From Hydrolagus colliei (taxonomy: Eukaryota), in assembly GCA_035084275.1 (NCBI GenBank), contig CM068752.1:8122001-8186000 (forward strand): 64,000 nucleotides of DNA. The letters run 5' to 3'. The stretch's first letter is position 1. Every line of letters starts with the position of its first letter. Of this stretch, positions 21,216-30,982 are shown one piece after another. Below the pieces are notes generated by a model. The model was not told the origin of the DNA. It was given only the letters and a program-made list of their open reading frames with translations, and made no database searches. Both the position numbers and the translations under genes were made by a program.

Positions 21216-23621
21216 ATGGCGTATGCGCTCAGCTGCGGGCCGACATTCATTTTGCTGTTGTTTGTCTCGGACCTGATATCTGGGCAAATTCACTATTCGA
21301 TTCCCGAGGAACTGGAGCAAGGCGCCTTTGTTGGGAATATCGTTAGAGATTTGGGGTTAAAGATTGAGAAATTGTCGGCTCGCAAATTCCGGCTGGTGTC
21401 TGATGACAGCCATCAATATCTGAAGGTAAATTTTGCAAATGGGATTCTATTTGTGAATGAAAGAATCGACAGAGAAGAGCTGTGTGGACAGAGCCCGACC
21501 TGTTCCCTTTCCTTTGAAGCAGCGGTTGATAATCCTTTGGAGGTGCATGAAATTGAAGTAGAGATTTTAGACATTAATGATAATATTCCTAGGTTTCCAA
21601 GTGAAAAGATTGCCTTGGAAATTTTTGAGTCAATATTGCCAGGAGCGAGCTTCCCTCTCGAGAGTGCGTATGATCCTGACGTGGGCACGAATACAATCAA
21701 TGCTTACCAGATCAGTTCTAACGATTATTTCGGCCTGAAGGTGCAGACGAGAAGCGATGGTAGTAAAATTGTGGAGTTGTTGTTAGAGAAAGCTTTGGAT
21801 CGTGAACAGGAGTCAGCGATTATTCTTGTCCTGACTGCTTCTGATGGCGGAAATCTCCACAGATCTGGTACTTCTGAGATAAGTATCACTATTCTGGATA
21901 TTAATGACAATGCCCCCGTATTTAATTCAGAAATATACAGGGCAAGTCTGCCAGAAAATGCAGCGAATGGGACACTAGTTATTCGAATCAACGCTGCTGA
22001 TTTAGACGAAGGTACAAATGCTGAGGTAAAATATAGCTTCTCCAAACATTCTGCCGAAAGGGGGCGCCAGGTTTTTCAGTTAAATCCAGAAACTGGTGAC
22101 ATACAGGTTCATGGAGAACTAGACTATGAGGAGTTAAATAGTTATGAACTTTATGTACAAGCAACAAACAAAGGTACACCCCCAATGGTGGCGCAGTCAA
22201 AAGTTATTGTCAACTTAATGGATATCAATGATAATGCTCCTGAAATAAAATTGAGTTCGATGTCACGTGTCGTCTCAGAAGATGCTGCAATCGGAAATGT
22301 GGTGGCTTTGATCAGTGTATCGGATCGTGATTCCGGCGAAAACGGACAAGTTCAATGCAAGGTTCCCAGGAACATCCCGTTCAGACTTGAAAAGTCTCCC
22401 AACAATCAGTACAAGTTGGTTGTGGGCGAGGCGTTGGATCGAGAGAAGGAATCCTCGTACAACATCTCCATTCTAGCCTGGGATGGAGGAACCCCACCGC
22501 TGTCAGCAAACAGAACTATGTTGGTGACGGTTTCTGATGTGAATGACAACGCCCCAGAGTTCACCCAATCTTCCTATAACGTTTACCTGATGGAGAACAA
22601 CACTCCCGGGGCCTCCATAGTTGCAGTGACCGCTTTAGATCCCGATGTGGACCAAAACGGGGAAGTCTCCTATTCTGTTGTGGAGAACCAGATCCAAGAC
22701 GTGTCAGCCACCGCTTACATCAGTATCAGCTCCAACAGCGGGAACATTTACGCGCTGCGATCCTTTGACTACGAACAACTGAAGCATTTCCAGATCAAAG
22801 TTCAAGCCCAGGATGGCGGGTCTCCCCGAATGAGCAGTGTTGCCCTCGTGAATGTTATAATCCTGGATCAAAATGACAATGCGCCATTTATTGTTTCACC
22901 TGTAACACGGAATAACTCAACAGCGGTGGAGATACCACTGCGGTCAACATTCCCAGGTTATTTAGTCACTAAGGTGATGGGCACTGATGCAGATTCTGGT
23001 CAGAACGCACGGCTCTCCTATCAGCTGTTGGACGCCACTGATCCCAGTGTGTTCAGTGTGGGGCTGCTCACTGGGGAGATCAGAACACTGAGAAGGCTGT
23101 TGGAGGAAGACGCCCCAACACAAAGTCTGGTCATTTTGGTGAAGGACAATGGACAGCCCAGCCTGTCCAGCACGGCCACTCTCCTCTTCTCACTCCTCTC
23201 CAATGTCACTGACATTGTGTCTGAACCACGTGACTATTCTTACATTCGAGACAATTTTTCGCATTTAAATCTTTACGCAATTATCGGTTTAGGATCGACG
23301 TCATTTATATTGCTCCTTACCATAGTTCTGTTGGTTGCCATCAAGTGCAAACAGGATAGAAATATCACTGAAGGATACGGTAGCGCAATTTGTTGTTGTT
23401 TGGCTCAGGGAATTTCTGATGATAACTTTAATCGACGGCCTTCACCACATCAAGCTGTAAATTATTCTGGAGTTGGAGCTGAACCTTATCATTACAGTAT
23501 TTGCTTATCGCCGGAGTCATCCAAGAGCGAATTTCTGTATCTGAAGCCCTACACTGCCACCTTGCCCTACAGTGATATCAGTGTTAACAACACAACCGCC
23601 AGACACGAACTTAAACAGTAA
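21216..23621 (+). CDS. g6: clustered protocadherin (group B), 801 aa
   Basis: Intact ORF with SP-6EC-TM-tail. Confidence 0.95.
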   Translation: MAYALSCGPTFILLLFVSDLISGQIHYSIPEELEQGAFVGNIVRDLGLKIEKLSARKFRLVSDDSHQYLKVNFANGILFVNERIDREELCGQSPTCSLSFEAAVDNPLEVHEIEVEILDINDNIPRFPSEKIALEIFESILPGASFPLESAYDPDVGTNTINAYQISSNDYFGLKVQTRSDGSKIVELLLEKALDREQESAIILVLTASDGGNLHRSGTSEISITILDINDNAPVFNSEIYRASLPENAANGTLVIRINAADLDEGTNAEVKYSFSKHSAERGRQVFQLNPETGDIQVHGELDYEELNSYELYVQATNKGTPPMVAQSKVIVNLMDINDNAPEIKLSSMSRVVSEDAAIGNVVALISVSDRDSGENGQVQCKVPRNIPFRLEKSPNNQYKLVVGEALDREKESSYNISILAWDGGTPPLSANRTMLVTVSDVNDNAPEFTQSSYNVYLMENNTPGASIVAVTALDPDVDQNGEVSYSVVENQIQDVSATAYISISSNSGNIYALRSFDYEQLKHFQIKVQAQDGGSPRMSSVALVNVIILDQNDNAPFIVSPVTRNNSTAVEIPLRSTFPGYLVTKVMGTDADSGQNARLSYQLLDATDPSVFSVGLLTGEIRTLRRLLEEDAPTQSLVILVKDNGQPSLSSTATLLFSLLSNVTDIVSEPRDYSYIRDNFSHLNLYAIIGLGSTSFILLLTIVLLVAIKCKQDRNITEGYGSAICCCLAQGISDDNFNRRPSPHQAVNYSGVGAEPYHYSICLSPESSKSEFLYLKPYTATLPYSDISVNNTTARHELKQ

Positions 23622-24158
23622 CTGGGGATTTGAGTGATGGCTGTTTATTTTAGTTCAACAAAACGTTATCGTGACAACTTGGTATGGGTTTTTGGGTATG
23701 CGTAAAACCGACTTAGTGCATGGTTTGTGCGAGTAATTGTTTTTCCTTGCAGTGCGTATGACAGCAGTAAATGTCATTCCAAGCGTAAATTCCTTTGCAT
23801 TTTCAACCATTTCTATGCCTTGTTACTATATTAATGTCCGATAGGGATGTTAGACAACAGTACGAAAGCAACACTTTACTTGCATGGCATCATTTCCTTG
23901 TTGGATGTCTGACAAAGGATAATATATAGTAATTAGTAGACAGCACATGAATATAAGTTCAAGAATATAAATGAGAAATATTGACGATTGATAACTTCAC
24001 ATGTAAGGAGTCAGTGCCAATACTAATCAATGTCTGCTTTGGTTAAATCTTTGTTCTTAAATTATATTAGTTTTGAAAATAATTAGGGACATTTCTATCA
24101 CAGTATGTTTTGACAGTGGATGAGAAAAGTAAGGTTTCGATGATAGAATAAATATCAG

Positions 24159-24229
24159 TCTAGCTTTAAGGACAGTGTAATGTAGTTATTGGTTGGGACT
24201 CTTCGTGTCGCTGTGTACCAATGAGGAGC
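24159..24229 (+). promoter_or_regulatory. CSE/CGCT-box promoter element of g7
   Basis: Same element as g5/g6. Confidence 0.85.
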
Positions 24230-24464
24230 CGAGACTTTGGCGGCGATCTACCCCCATCCCCCACCAAAAAAGGCTGAAGAAAATCGCAGCGAAACACCAC
24301 AACAGTGCCTGCGTTTGCGCCGGCGGAGACATCGTCAGAAAGGCAGATCTAGCGGTGTTCAATGTTTCACATTAATATCAGTATTGTATCGTGGAAATGT
24401 ACATTCTCAGTTGAACAAGAAGCTCAAACGCTGTTGGGAACAAAGAAAATCGCAGCGCAGAAGA

Positions 24465-26870
24465 ATGGCGAATGCGCCCAGCTGCGGCCCGTCCTTCATT
24501 TTGCTGTTGTTTGTCTCGGATCTGGTATCTGGGCAAATTCACTACTCGATTCCCGAGGAACTGGAGCAAGGCGCCTTTGTTGGGAATATCGTTCGAGATT
24601 TGGGTTTAAAGATTGCGAAATTGTCGACTCGCAAGTTCCGGCTGGTGTCTGATGACAGCCATCAGTATCTGAAGGTAAATTTTGAAAATGGGATTTTATT
24701 TGTGAATGAAAGAATCGACAGAGAAGAGCTGTGTGGACAGAGCCCGACCTGTTCCCTTTCCTTTGAAGCAGCGGTTGACAATCCTTTAGAGGTGCATCCT
24801 ATTGAGGTAGAGATTGTGGATGTTAATGATCATTCCCCGAATTTTCTGGAGGAAAAAATAACCTTGCAGATTGGGGAATGGATTTCACCGGGAGCGAGCT
24901 TCCCTCTCGAGAGCGCGTATGATCCTGACGTGGGCGTGAACACAATCAGTACATACCAGATCAGTTCTAACCACTATTTCGATCTGAAGGTGCAGACGAG
25001 AGGCGATGGTAGCAAAATTGTGGAGTTATTGTTGGAGAAGGCGTTGGACCGGGAAAACGAGTCAGTGTTGCAGCTCGTTCTGACGGTTATGGATGGGGGA
25101 AATCCATATCGATCAGGCACAGCTGAGATTAATATCACTGTGCTGGACAATAATGACAACACACCCATATTCGATCATGAAATTTACAGGGCAAGTGTAC
25201 CAGAAAATTCACCGAAGGGTACTTTAGTGACAGAAATCAACGCTGTCGATTTGGACGAGGGCGTTAATGCTGAAGTAAAATATAGCTTTTCTAGCCATTC
25301 ATCCGAAAGGGGGCGGAAGATTTTCCGGCTGGATTCTGAAACTGGTGAAGTAAAGGTTGAAGGAATTCTCGATTTCGAGGAGTCAAATGTTTATGAACTG
25401 TATGTACAGGCGACAGACAATGGTGCGTTTCCACTGACGGGCCATGCTAAAGTTGTTCTTAAAGTGATGGACATAAATGATAACGCTCCTGAGATAAAAT
25501 TACGTTCGATAACACGTGTTGTTCCAGAGGATGTTACTCCCGGGACCGTGGTGGCTGTGATAAGTGTAACTGACCGAGACTCTGACGAAAATGGGAAAGT
25601 TCTGTGCCAGGTTTCTATGAACATCCCATTTAGACTTCAAAAGTCCCCCCAAAACCAATACAAGTTGGTTGTGGGCGAGGCGTTGGATCGAGAGAAAGAA
25701 TCCTCGTACAGCATCTCCATTCTAGCCTGGGATGGAGGAACCCCACCGCTGTCAGCAAACAGAACTATGTTGGTGACGGTTTCTGATGTGAATGACAACG
25801 CCCCAGAGTTCACCCAATCTTCCTATAACATTTACCTGATGGAGAACAACACACCCGGGGCCTCCATATTTGCAGTGACCGCTTTAGACCCCGATGTGGA
25901 CCAGAATGGAAAAGTCTCCTATTCTGTTGTGGAGAACCAGATCCAAGACGTGTCAGCCACCGCTTACATCAGTATCAGCTCCAGCAGCGGGAACATTTAC
26001 ACGCTGCGTTCATTTGACTACGAACAACTGAAGCATTTCCAGATCAAAGTTCAAGCCCAGGATGGCGGGTCTCCCCCAATGAGCAGTGGTTCCCTCGTGA
26101 ATGTTATAATCCTAGATCAAAATGACAATGCGCCATTTATTGTTTCACCTGTAACACGGAATAACTCAACAGCGGTGGAGATACCACTGCGGTCAACATT
26201 CCCAGGTTATTTAGTCACTAAGGTGTTGGGCACTGATGCAGATTCTGGTCAGAACGCACGGCTCTCCTATCAGCTGTTGGACGCCACTGATCCCAGTGTG
26301 TTCAGTGTGGGGCTGCTCACTGGGGAGATCAGAACACTGAGAAGGTTGTTGGAGGAAGACGCCCCAACACAAAGTCTGGTCATTTTGGTGAAGGACAATG
26401 GACAGCCCAGCCTGTCCAGCACGGCCACTCTCCTCTTCTCACTCCTATCAAATGTCACTGACACTGTGTCTGAACCAAGTGACCGAACCAACATTCGGAG
26501 GGACTTTTCGAATCTCAATTTATATTTAATTGTCGGTTTAGGATTAACATCCTTTATATTTCTTGTTACAATAGTTCTGTTGGTTGCCATCAAGTGCAAA
26601 CAGGATAGAAATGTCACTGAAGGATATGGTAGCACAATTTGTTGTTGTTTGGGTCAGGGGATTTCTGAGGATAATTTTAAACGAAGGCCTGCACCACATC
26701 AAGCTGTAAATTATTCTGGAGTTGGAGCTGAACCTTACCATTACAGTATTTGCTTATCTCCAGAATCATCCAAGAGCGAATTTCTGTACCTGAAGCCCTA
26801 CACTGCCACGTTGCCCTACAGTGATGTCAGTGTTAACAACACAACCGCCAGACATGAATTTAAACAGTAA
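24465..26870 (+). CDS. g7: clustered protocadherin (group B), 801 aa
   Basis: Homologous start ATG at 24465 (MANAPSCG); the ORF track extends upstream from a TTG through the promoter/5'UTR. Confidence 0.95.
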   Translation: MANAPSCGPSFILLLFVSDLVSGQIHYSIPEELEQGAFVGNIVRDLGLKIAKLSTRKFRLVSDDSHQYLKVNFENGILFVNERIDREELCGQSPTCSLSFEAAVDNPLEVHPIEVEIVDVNDHSPNFLEEKITLQIGEWISPGASFPLESAYDPDVGVNTISTYQISSNHYFDLKVQTRGDGSKIVELLLEKALDRENESVLQLVLTVMDGGNPYRSGTAEINITVLDNNDNTPIFDHEIYRASVPENSPKGTLVTEINAVDLDEGVNAEVKYSFSSHSSERGRKIFRLDSETGEVKVEGILDFEESNVYELYVQATDNGAFPLTGHAKVVLKVMDINDNAPEIKLRSITRVVPEDVTPGTVVAVISVTDRDSDENGKVLCQVSMNIPFRLQKSPQNQYKLVVGEALDREKESSYSISILAWDGGTPPLSANRTMLVTVSDVNDNAPEFTQSSYNIYLMENNTPGASIFAVTALDPDVDQNGKVSYSVVENQIQDVSATAYISISSSSGNIYTLRSFDYEQLKHFQIKVQAQDGGSPPMSSGSLVNVIILDQNDNAPFIVSPVTRNNSTAVEIPLRSTFPGYLVTKVLGTDADSGQNARLSYQLLDATDPSVFSVGLLTGEIRTLRRLLEEDAPTQSLVILVKDNGQPSLSSTATLLFSLLSNVTDTVSEPSDRTNIRRDFSNLNLYLIVGLGLTSFIFLVTIVLLVAIKCKQDRNVTEGYGSTICCCLGQGISEDNFKRRPAPHQAVNYSGVGAEPYHYSICLSPESSKSEFLYLKPYTATLPYSDVSVNNTTARHEFKQ

Positions 26871-27415
26871 TTGCGGAATGGAAGTTATACTTGTTTGCTC
26901 CTGTTAAACTGAATTTACATTCTTGGTACCTTGATGTCCATTTTTGGCGTGCGTAAAATGCCACCTGATTTCCATATTTGTTTTTATAGTTGTAACAACT
27001 CGGTTGTTCGTACTGGGCGTACGACCTCGGTCAATTTACTTCTTTAAAATTTTTGTGTAGCGTATCAGAAGCGTTTCCATTCTATATCCATCTCCCTTTT
27101 GTGTCTGCCTGGCGCTCGGATATATTCCAAATGCAGCAGTTTTCTCGCGTGCCATCAATTCACGATTGAATATCTGGCATAAGATAGAATGTGCTATGCA
27201 ATGGAGAATAGTTCGATATAGGAATACAAACAAGAAAAAGTAACAGTTAATAACTTTACATCTTGTAGTGTCAATGCTCATAAATGTATTGTTTCTTAAA
27301 TTTGTATTATTAAAGTTATATTCACGTTGTAAAACAATTATGATGAGGAGGACCGCATTACAAATTTTGATAGAACTTAGCAAAAATCAAATTATGGTGA
27401 TACAATAAATATCAG

Positions 27416-27486
27416 TCTAGCTTTAAGGAAAGTGTAATGTAGTTATTGGTTGGGACTCTTCGTGTCGCTGTGTACCAATGAGGAGC
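27416..27486 (+). promoter_or_regulatory. CSE/CGCT-box promoter element of g8
   Basis: Same element as g5-g7. Confidence 0.85.
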
Positions 27487-27725
27487 CGAGACGTTAGCCG
27501 CGATCTACCCCCCTCCCCCACCACAAAAGGCTGAAGAGAATCGCAGCGAAACACCACAACAGTGCCTGCGTTTGCGCCGCGCAGACATTGTCAGAAAGGC
27601 AGATCTAGCGGTGTTCAAGGTTTCACATTAATATCAGTATTTTATCGCTACGAAAATCTACATTTTCCAGTATGAGAAAAACGCTCAAACGCTGTTGGGA
27701 ACAAAGAAATTCGCAACGAGGAAGA

Positions 27726-30131
27726 ATGGCGAATGCGCTCAGCTGCGGGCCGTCCTTCATTTTGCTGTTGTTTGTCTCGGACCTGGTATCTGGGCAAATC
27801 CACTATTCGATTCCCGAGGAACTGGAGCAAGGCGCCTTTGTTGGGAATATCGTTAAAGATTTAGGGTTAAAGATTGAGAAATTGTCGGCTCGCAAGTTCC
27901 GGCTGGTGTCTGATGACAGCCATCAGTATTTGAAGGTAAATTTTGAAAATGGGATTTTATTTGTGAATGAAAGAATCGACAGAGAAGATCTGTGTGGACA
28001 GAGCCCGACCTGTTCCCTTTCCTTTGAAGCGGCGGTTGATAATCCTTTAGAGGTGCATCCTATTGAGGTAGAGATTGTGGATATTAATGATAATTCTCCG
28101 AATTTTCCGAAAGAAGAATTTGCCTTGCAGATTGGGGAATGGATTGCACCGGGAGCGAGCTTCCCTCTCGAGAGCGCGCATGATCCTGACGTTGGAGCGA
28201 ACACAATCGGCACTTACCAGATCAGTTCTAACGATTATTTCGGCATAAAATTGCAAACCAGAGGCGATGGCAGTAAGCGTGCAGAACTGCTGCTGGAGAA
28301 GGTATTGGACCGTGAAGAAAAATCGGAGTTTGAGCTGATCCTGACGGCTATTGACGGTGGAAATCCACACAGATCTGGCACAGCCAAGATAATTATCATA
28401 ATTGCTGACATTAACGATAACGCGCCTATTTTCGATCATGAGATATACAGGGCAACTATTCGAGAAAATGCTTCGAAGGGGTCGTTAGTGATCAAAATCA
28501 AAGCTATCGATTTGGACACAGGTACAAATGCTGAGGTAAAATATACATTTTCCAGTTACTCCTCCGAAAGGGGGCGCGTGATTTTCAAATTAGATTCTGA
28601 CAGTGGAGAGATAAAGGTAGACGGAGATCTCGATTTCGAGGAGGCAAATGTTTATGAGCTTTATGTACAAGCAACAGACAAGGGGATGACTCCATTGGCG
28701 GGCCATGCCAAAGTTAATGTCAAACTAATTGACGTGAATGATAACGCCCCTGAGATCAAATTACGTTCTATTTCACGAGTGGTTCCCGAGGATGTTACAC
28801 ACGGGACTGTGGTGGCTTTGATCAGTGTAATTGACCGCGATTCGGGTGAAAATGGACAAGTTCGTTGCAAGATTCCTACGAACGTGCCGTTCAGACTTGA
28901 AAAATCGCCTAACAACCAGTACAAGTTGGTTGTGGGCGAGGCGTTGGATCGAGAGAGAGAATCCTCGTACAACATCTCCATTCTAGCCTGGGATGGAGCA
29001 ACCCCACCGCTGTCAGCAAACAGAACTATGTTGGTGACGGTTTCTGATGTGAATGACAACGCCCCAGAGTTCACCCAATCTTCCTATAACGTTTACCTGA
29101 TAGAGAACAACACTCCCGGGGCCTCCATATTTGCAGTGACCGCTTTAGACCCCGATGTGGACCAGAATGGAAAAGTCTCCTATTCTGTTGTGGAGAACCA
29201 GATCCAAGACGTGTCAGCCACCGCTTACATCAGTATCAGCTCCAACAGCGGGAATATTTACGCGCTGCGCTCCTTTGACTACGAACAACTGAAGCATTTC
29301 CAGATCAAAGTTCAAGCCCAGGATGGCGGGTCTCCCCGAATGAGCAGTGTTGCCCTCGTGAATGTTATAATCCTGGATCAAAATGACAATGCGCCATTTA
29401 TTGTTTCACCTGTAACACGGAATAACTCAACAGCGGTGGAGATACCACTGCGGTCAACATTCCCAGGTTATTTAGTCACTAAGGTGTTGGGCACTGATGC
29501 AGATTCTGGTCAGAACGCACGGCTCTCCTATCAGCTGTTGGACGCCACTGATCCCAGTGTGTTCAGTGTGGGGCTGCTCACTGGGGAGATCAGAACACTG
29601 AGAAGGTTGTTGGAGGAAGACGCCCCAACACAAAGTCTGGTCATTTTGGTGAAGGACAATGGACAGCCCAGCCTGTCCAGCACGGCCACTCTCCTCTTCT
29701 CACTCCTCTCCAATGTCACTGACATTGTGTCTGAATCAGGTGACCGAACCAACGTTCGAGAGATTTTTTCGCATTTAAATCTTTATGCAATCGTCGGTTT
29801 GGGATCAACTTCCTTTTTATTTCTTGTCACTATAATACTGCTGCTTGGCATCAAGTTTAAACAAAATAGAAACATCTGCGAAGGAGACAGTTCCTCAGTT
29901 TGCTGTTGTTTGGGTCATGGAATTTCTGATGATAACTTTAATCGAAGGCCTGCACCACGTCAAGCTGTAAATTATTCTGGAGTAGGAGCTGAACCTTATC
30001 ATTACAGTATTTGCTTATCGCGAGAGTCATCGAAGAGCGAATTTCTGTACCTGAAGCCCTACACTGCCACGTTACCCTACAGTGATGTCAGTGTAAACAA
30101 CACAACCGCCAGACACGAATTCAAACAATAA
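27726..30131 (+). CDS. g8: clustered protocadherin (group B), 801 aa
   Basis: Homologous ATG at 27726 (MANALSCG); an in-frame upstream ATG also exists at 27672. Confidence 0.95.
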   Translation: MANALSCGPSFILLLFVSDLVSGQIHYSIPEELEQGAFVGNIVKDLGLKIEKLSARKFRLVSDDSHQYLKVNFENGILFVNERIDREDLCGQSPTCSLSFEAAVDNPLEVHPIEVEIVDINDNSPNFPKEEFALQIGEWIAPGASFPLESAHDPDVGANTIGTYQISSNDYFGIKLQTRGDGSKRAELLLEKVLDREEKSEFELILTAIDGGNPHRSGTAKIIIIIADINDNAPIFDHEIYRATIRENASKGSLVIKIKAIDLDTGTNAEVKYTFSSYSSERGRVIFKLDSDSGEIKVDGDLDFEEANVYELYVQATDKGMTPLAGHAKVNVKLIDVNDNAPEIKLRSISRVVPEDVTHGTVVALISVIDRDSGENGQVRCKIPTNVPFRLEKSPNNQYKLVVGEALDRERESSYNISILAWDGATPPLSANRTMLVTVSDVNDNAPEFTQSSYNVYLIENNTPGASIFAVTALDPDVDQNGKVSYSVVENQIQDVSATAYISISSNSGNIYALRSFDYEQLKHFQIKVQAQDGGSPRMSSVALVNVIILDQNDNAPFIVSPVTRNNSTAVEIPLRSTFPGYLVTKVLGTDADSGQNARLSYQLLDATDPSVFSVGLLTGEIRTLRRLLEEDAPTQSLVILVKDNGQPSLSSTATLLFSLLSNVTDIVSESGDRTNVREIFSHLNLYAIVGLGSTSFLFLVTIILLLGIKFKQNRNICEGDSSSVCCCLGHGISDDNFNRRPAPRQAVNYSGVGAEPYHYSICLSRESSKSEFLYLKPYTATLPYSDVSVNNTTARHEFKQ

Positions 30132-30675
30132 TTGGGTGATTGAACAGATGTCTCTTTATTTCTGTTGAAGAACAACGGAGTCGTGGTAACTTGGCATGGG
30201 TTTGGGGCGTGCGTATAGACGCACTTTATACTGATACATGTTGTTATCGTTTAAAATTTCTTTTTATCACCACTGTCTGTACCATTGCGGTGAATTGCAT
30301 TCTAAACATATATTGCTTGACATTTTCATCGCTTTCTATGCTGTGTGACTGTAGTGGCATCTGCGGGATGTTCAGAAATATTGTAAAAGTACAGTTTACT
30401 CGCATGCCATTATTTCCAAGTCGAATGTCTGACAGGCATAACATATACTAAGAATCAGACAACATATTGTTTTCGGATTACCAATGGGAAAAATTGACGC
30501 TTGATAACATCACAAATACGGAGTCAGTATGAATGATCCTAAAAGTCTTATTTGTTTAAAATTGTTTAATTAGATTAGATTCAGATTGTAAATCATTAGG
30601 GCCATCTGTATGAAAGTAAGAATTTTGAGAGTAGAAGAGAAAATAAGGATTGACCATGTAATAAATAAATATCCG

Positions 30676-30746
30676 TCTAGCTTTAAGGACAGTGTAATGT
30701 AGTTATTGGTTGGGACTCTTCGTGTCGCTGTGTACCAATGAGGAGC
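30676..30746 (+). promoter_or_regulatory. CSE/CGCT-box promoter element of g9
   Basis: Same element as g5-g8. Confidence 0.85.
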
Positions 30747-30982
30747 CGAGACGTTGGCGGCGATCTACCCCCCTCCTCCACCACAAAAGGCTGAAGAGAA
30801 TCGCAGCGAAACACCACAACAGTGCCTGCGTTTGCGCCGCCGAGACATCTTCAGAAAGGCAGATCTAGCGGAGTTCAAGGTTTCACATTAACATCAGTAT
30901 TTTATCCAGTGGAAGCATATTTTTCTAGTTGGGTAAAATGCTGCAACGCAGTTGGTAACAAAGAAAATCACAACGAGGAAGA

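Noticed and set aside
24237-24464. Long N-terminal extensions in the ORF track (g7, and also g1, g10, g13-g15, g17)
   Set aside because: They begin at GTG/TTG codons upstream of the homologous ATGGCG start and precede the signal peptide; not expected in a vertebrate gene.
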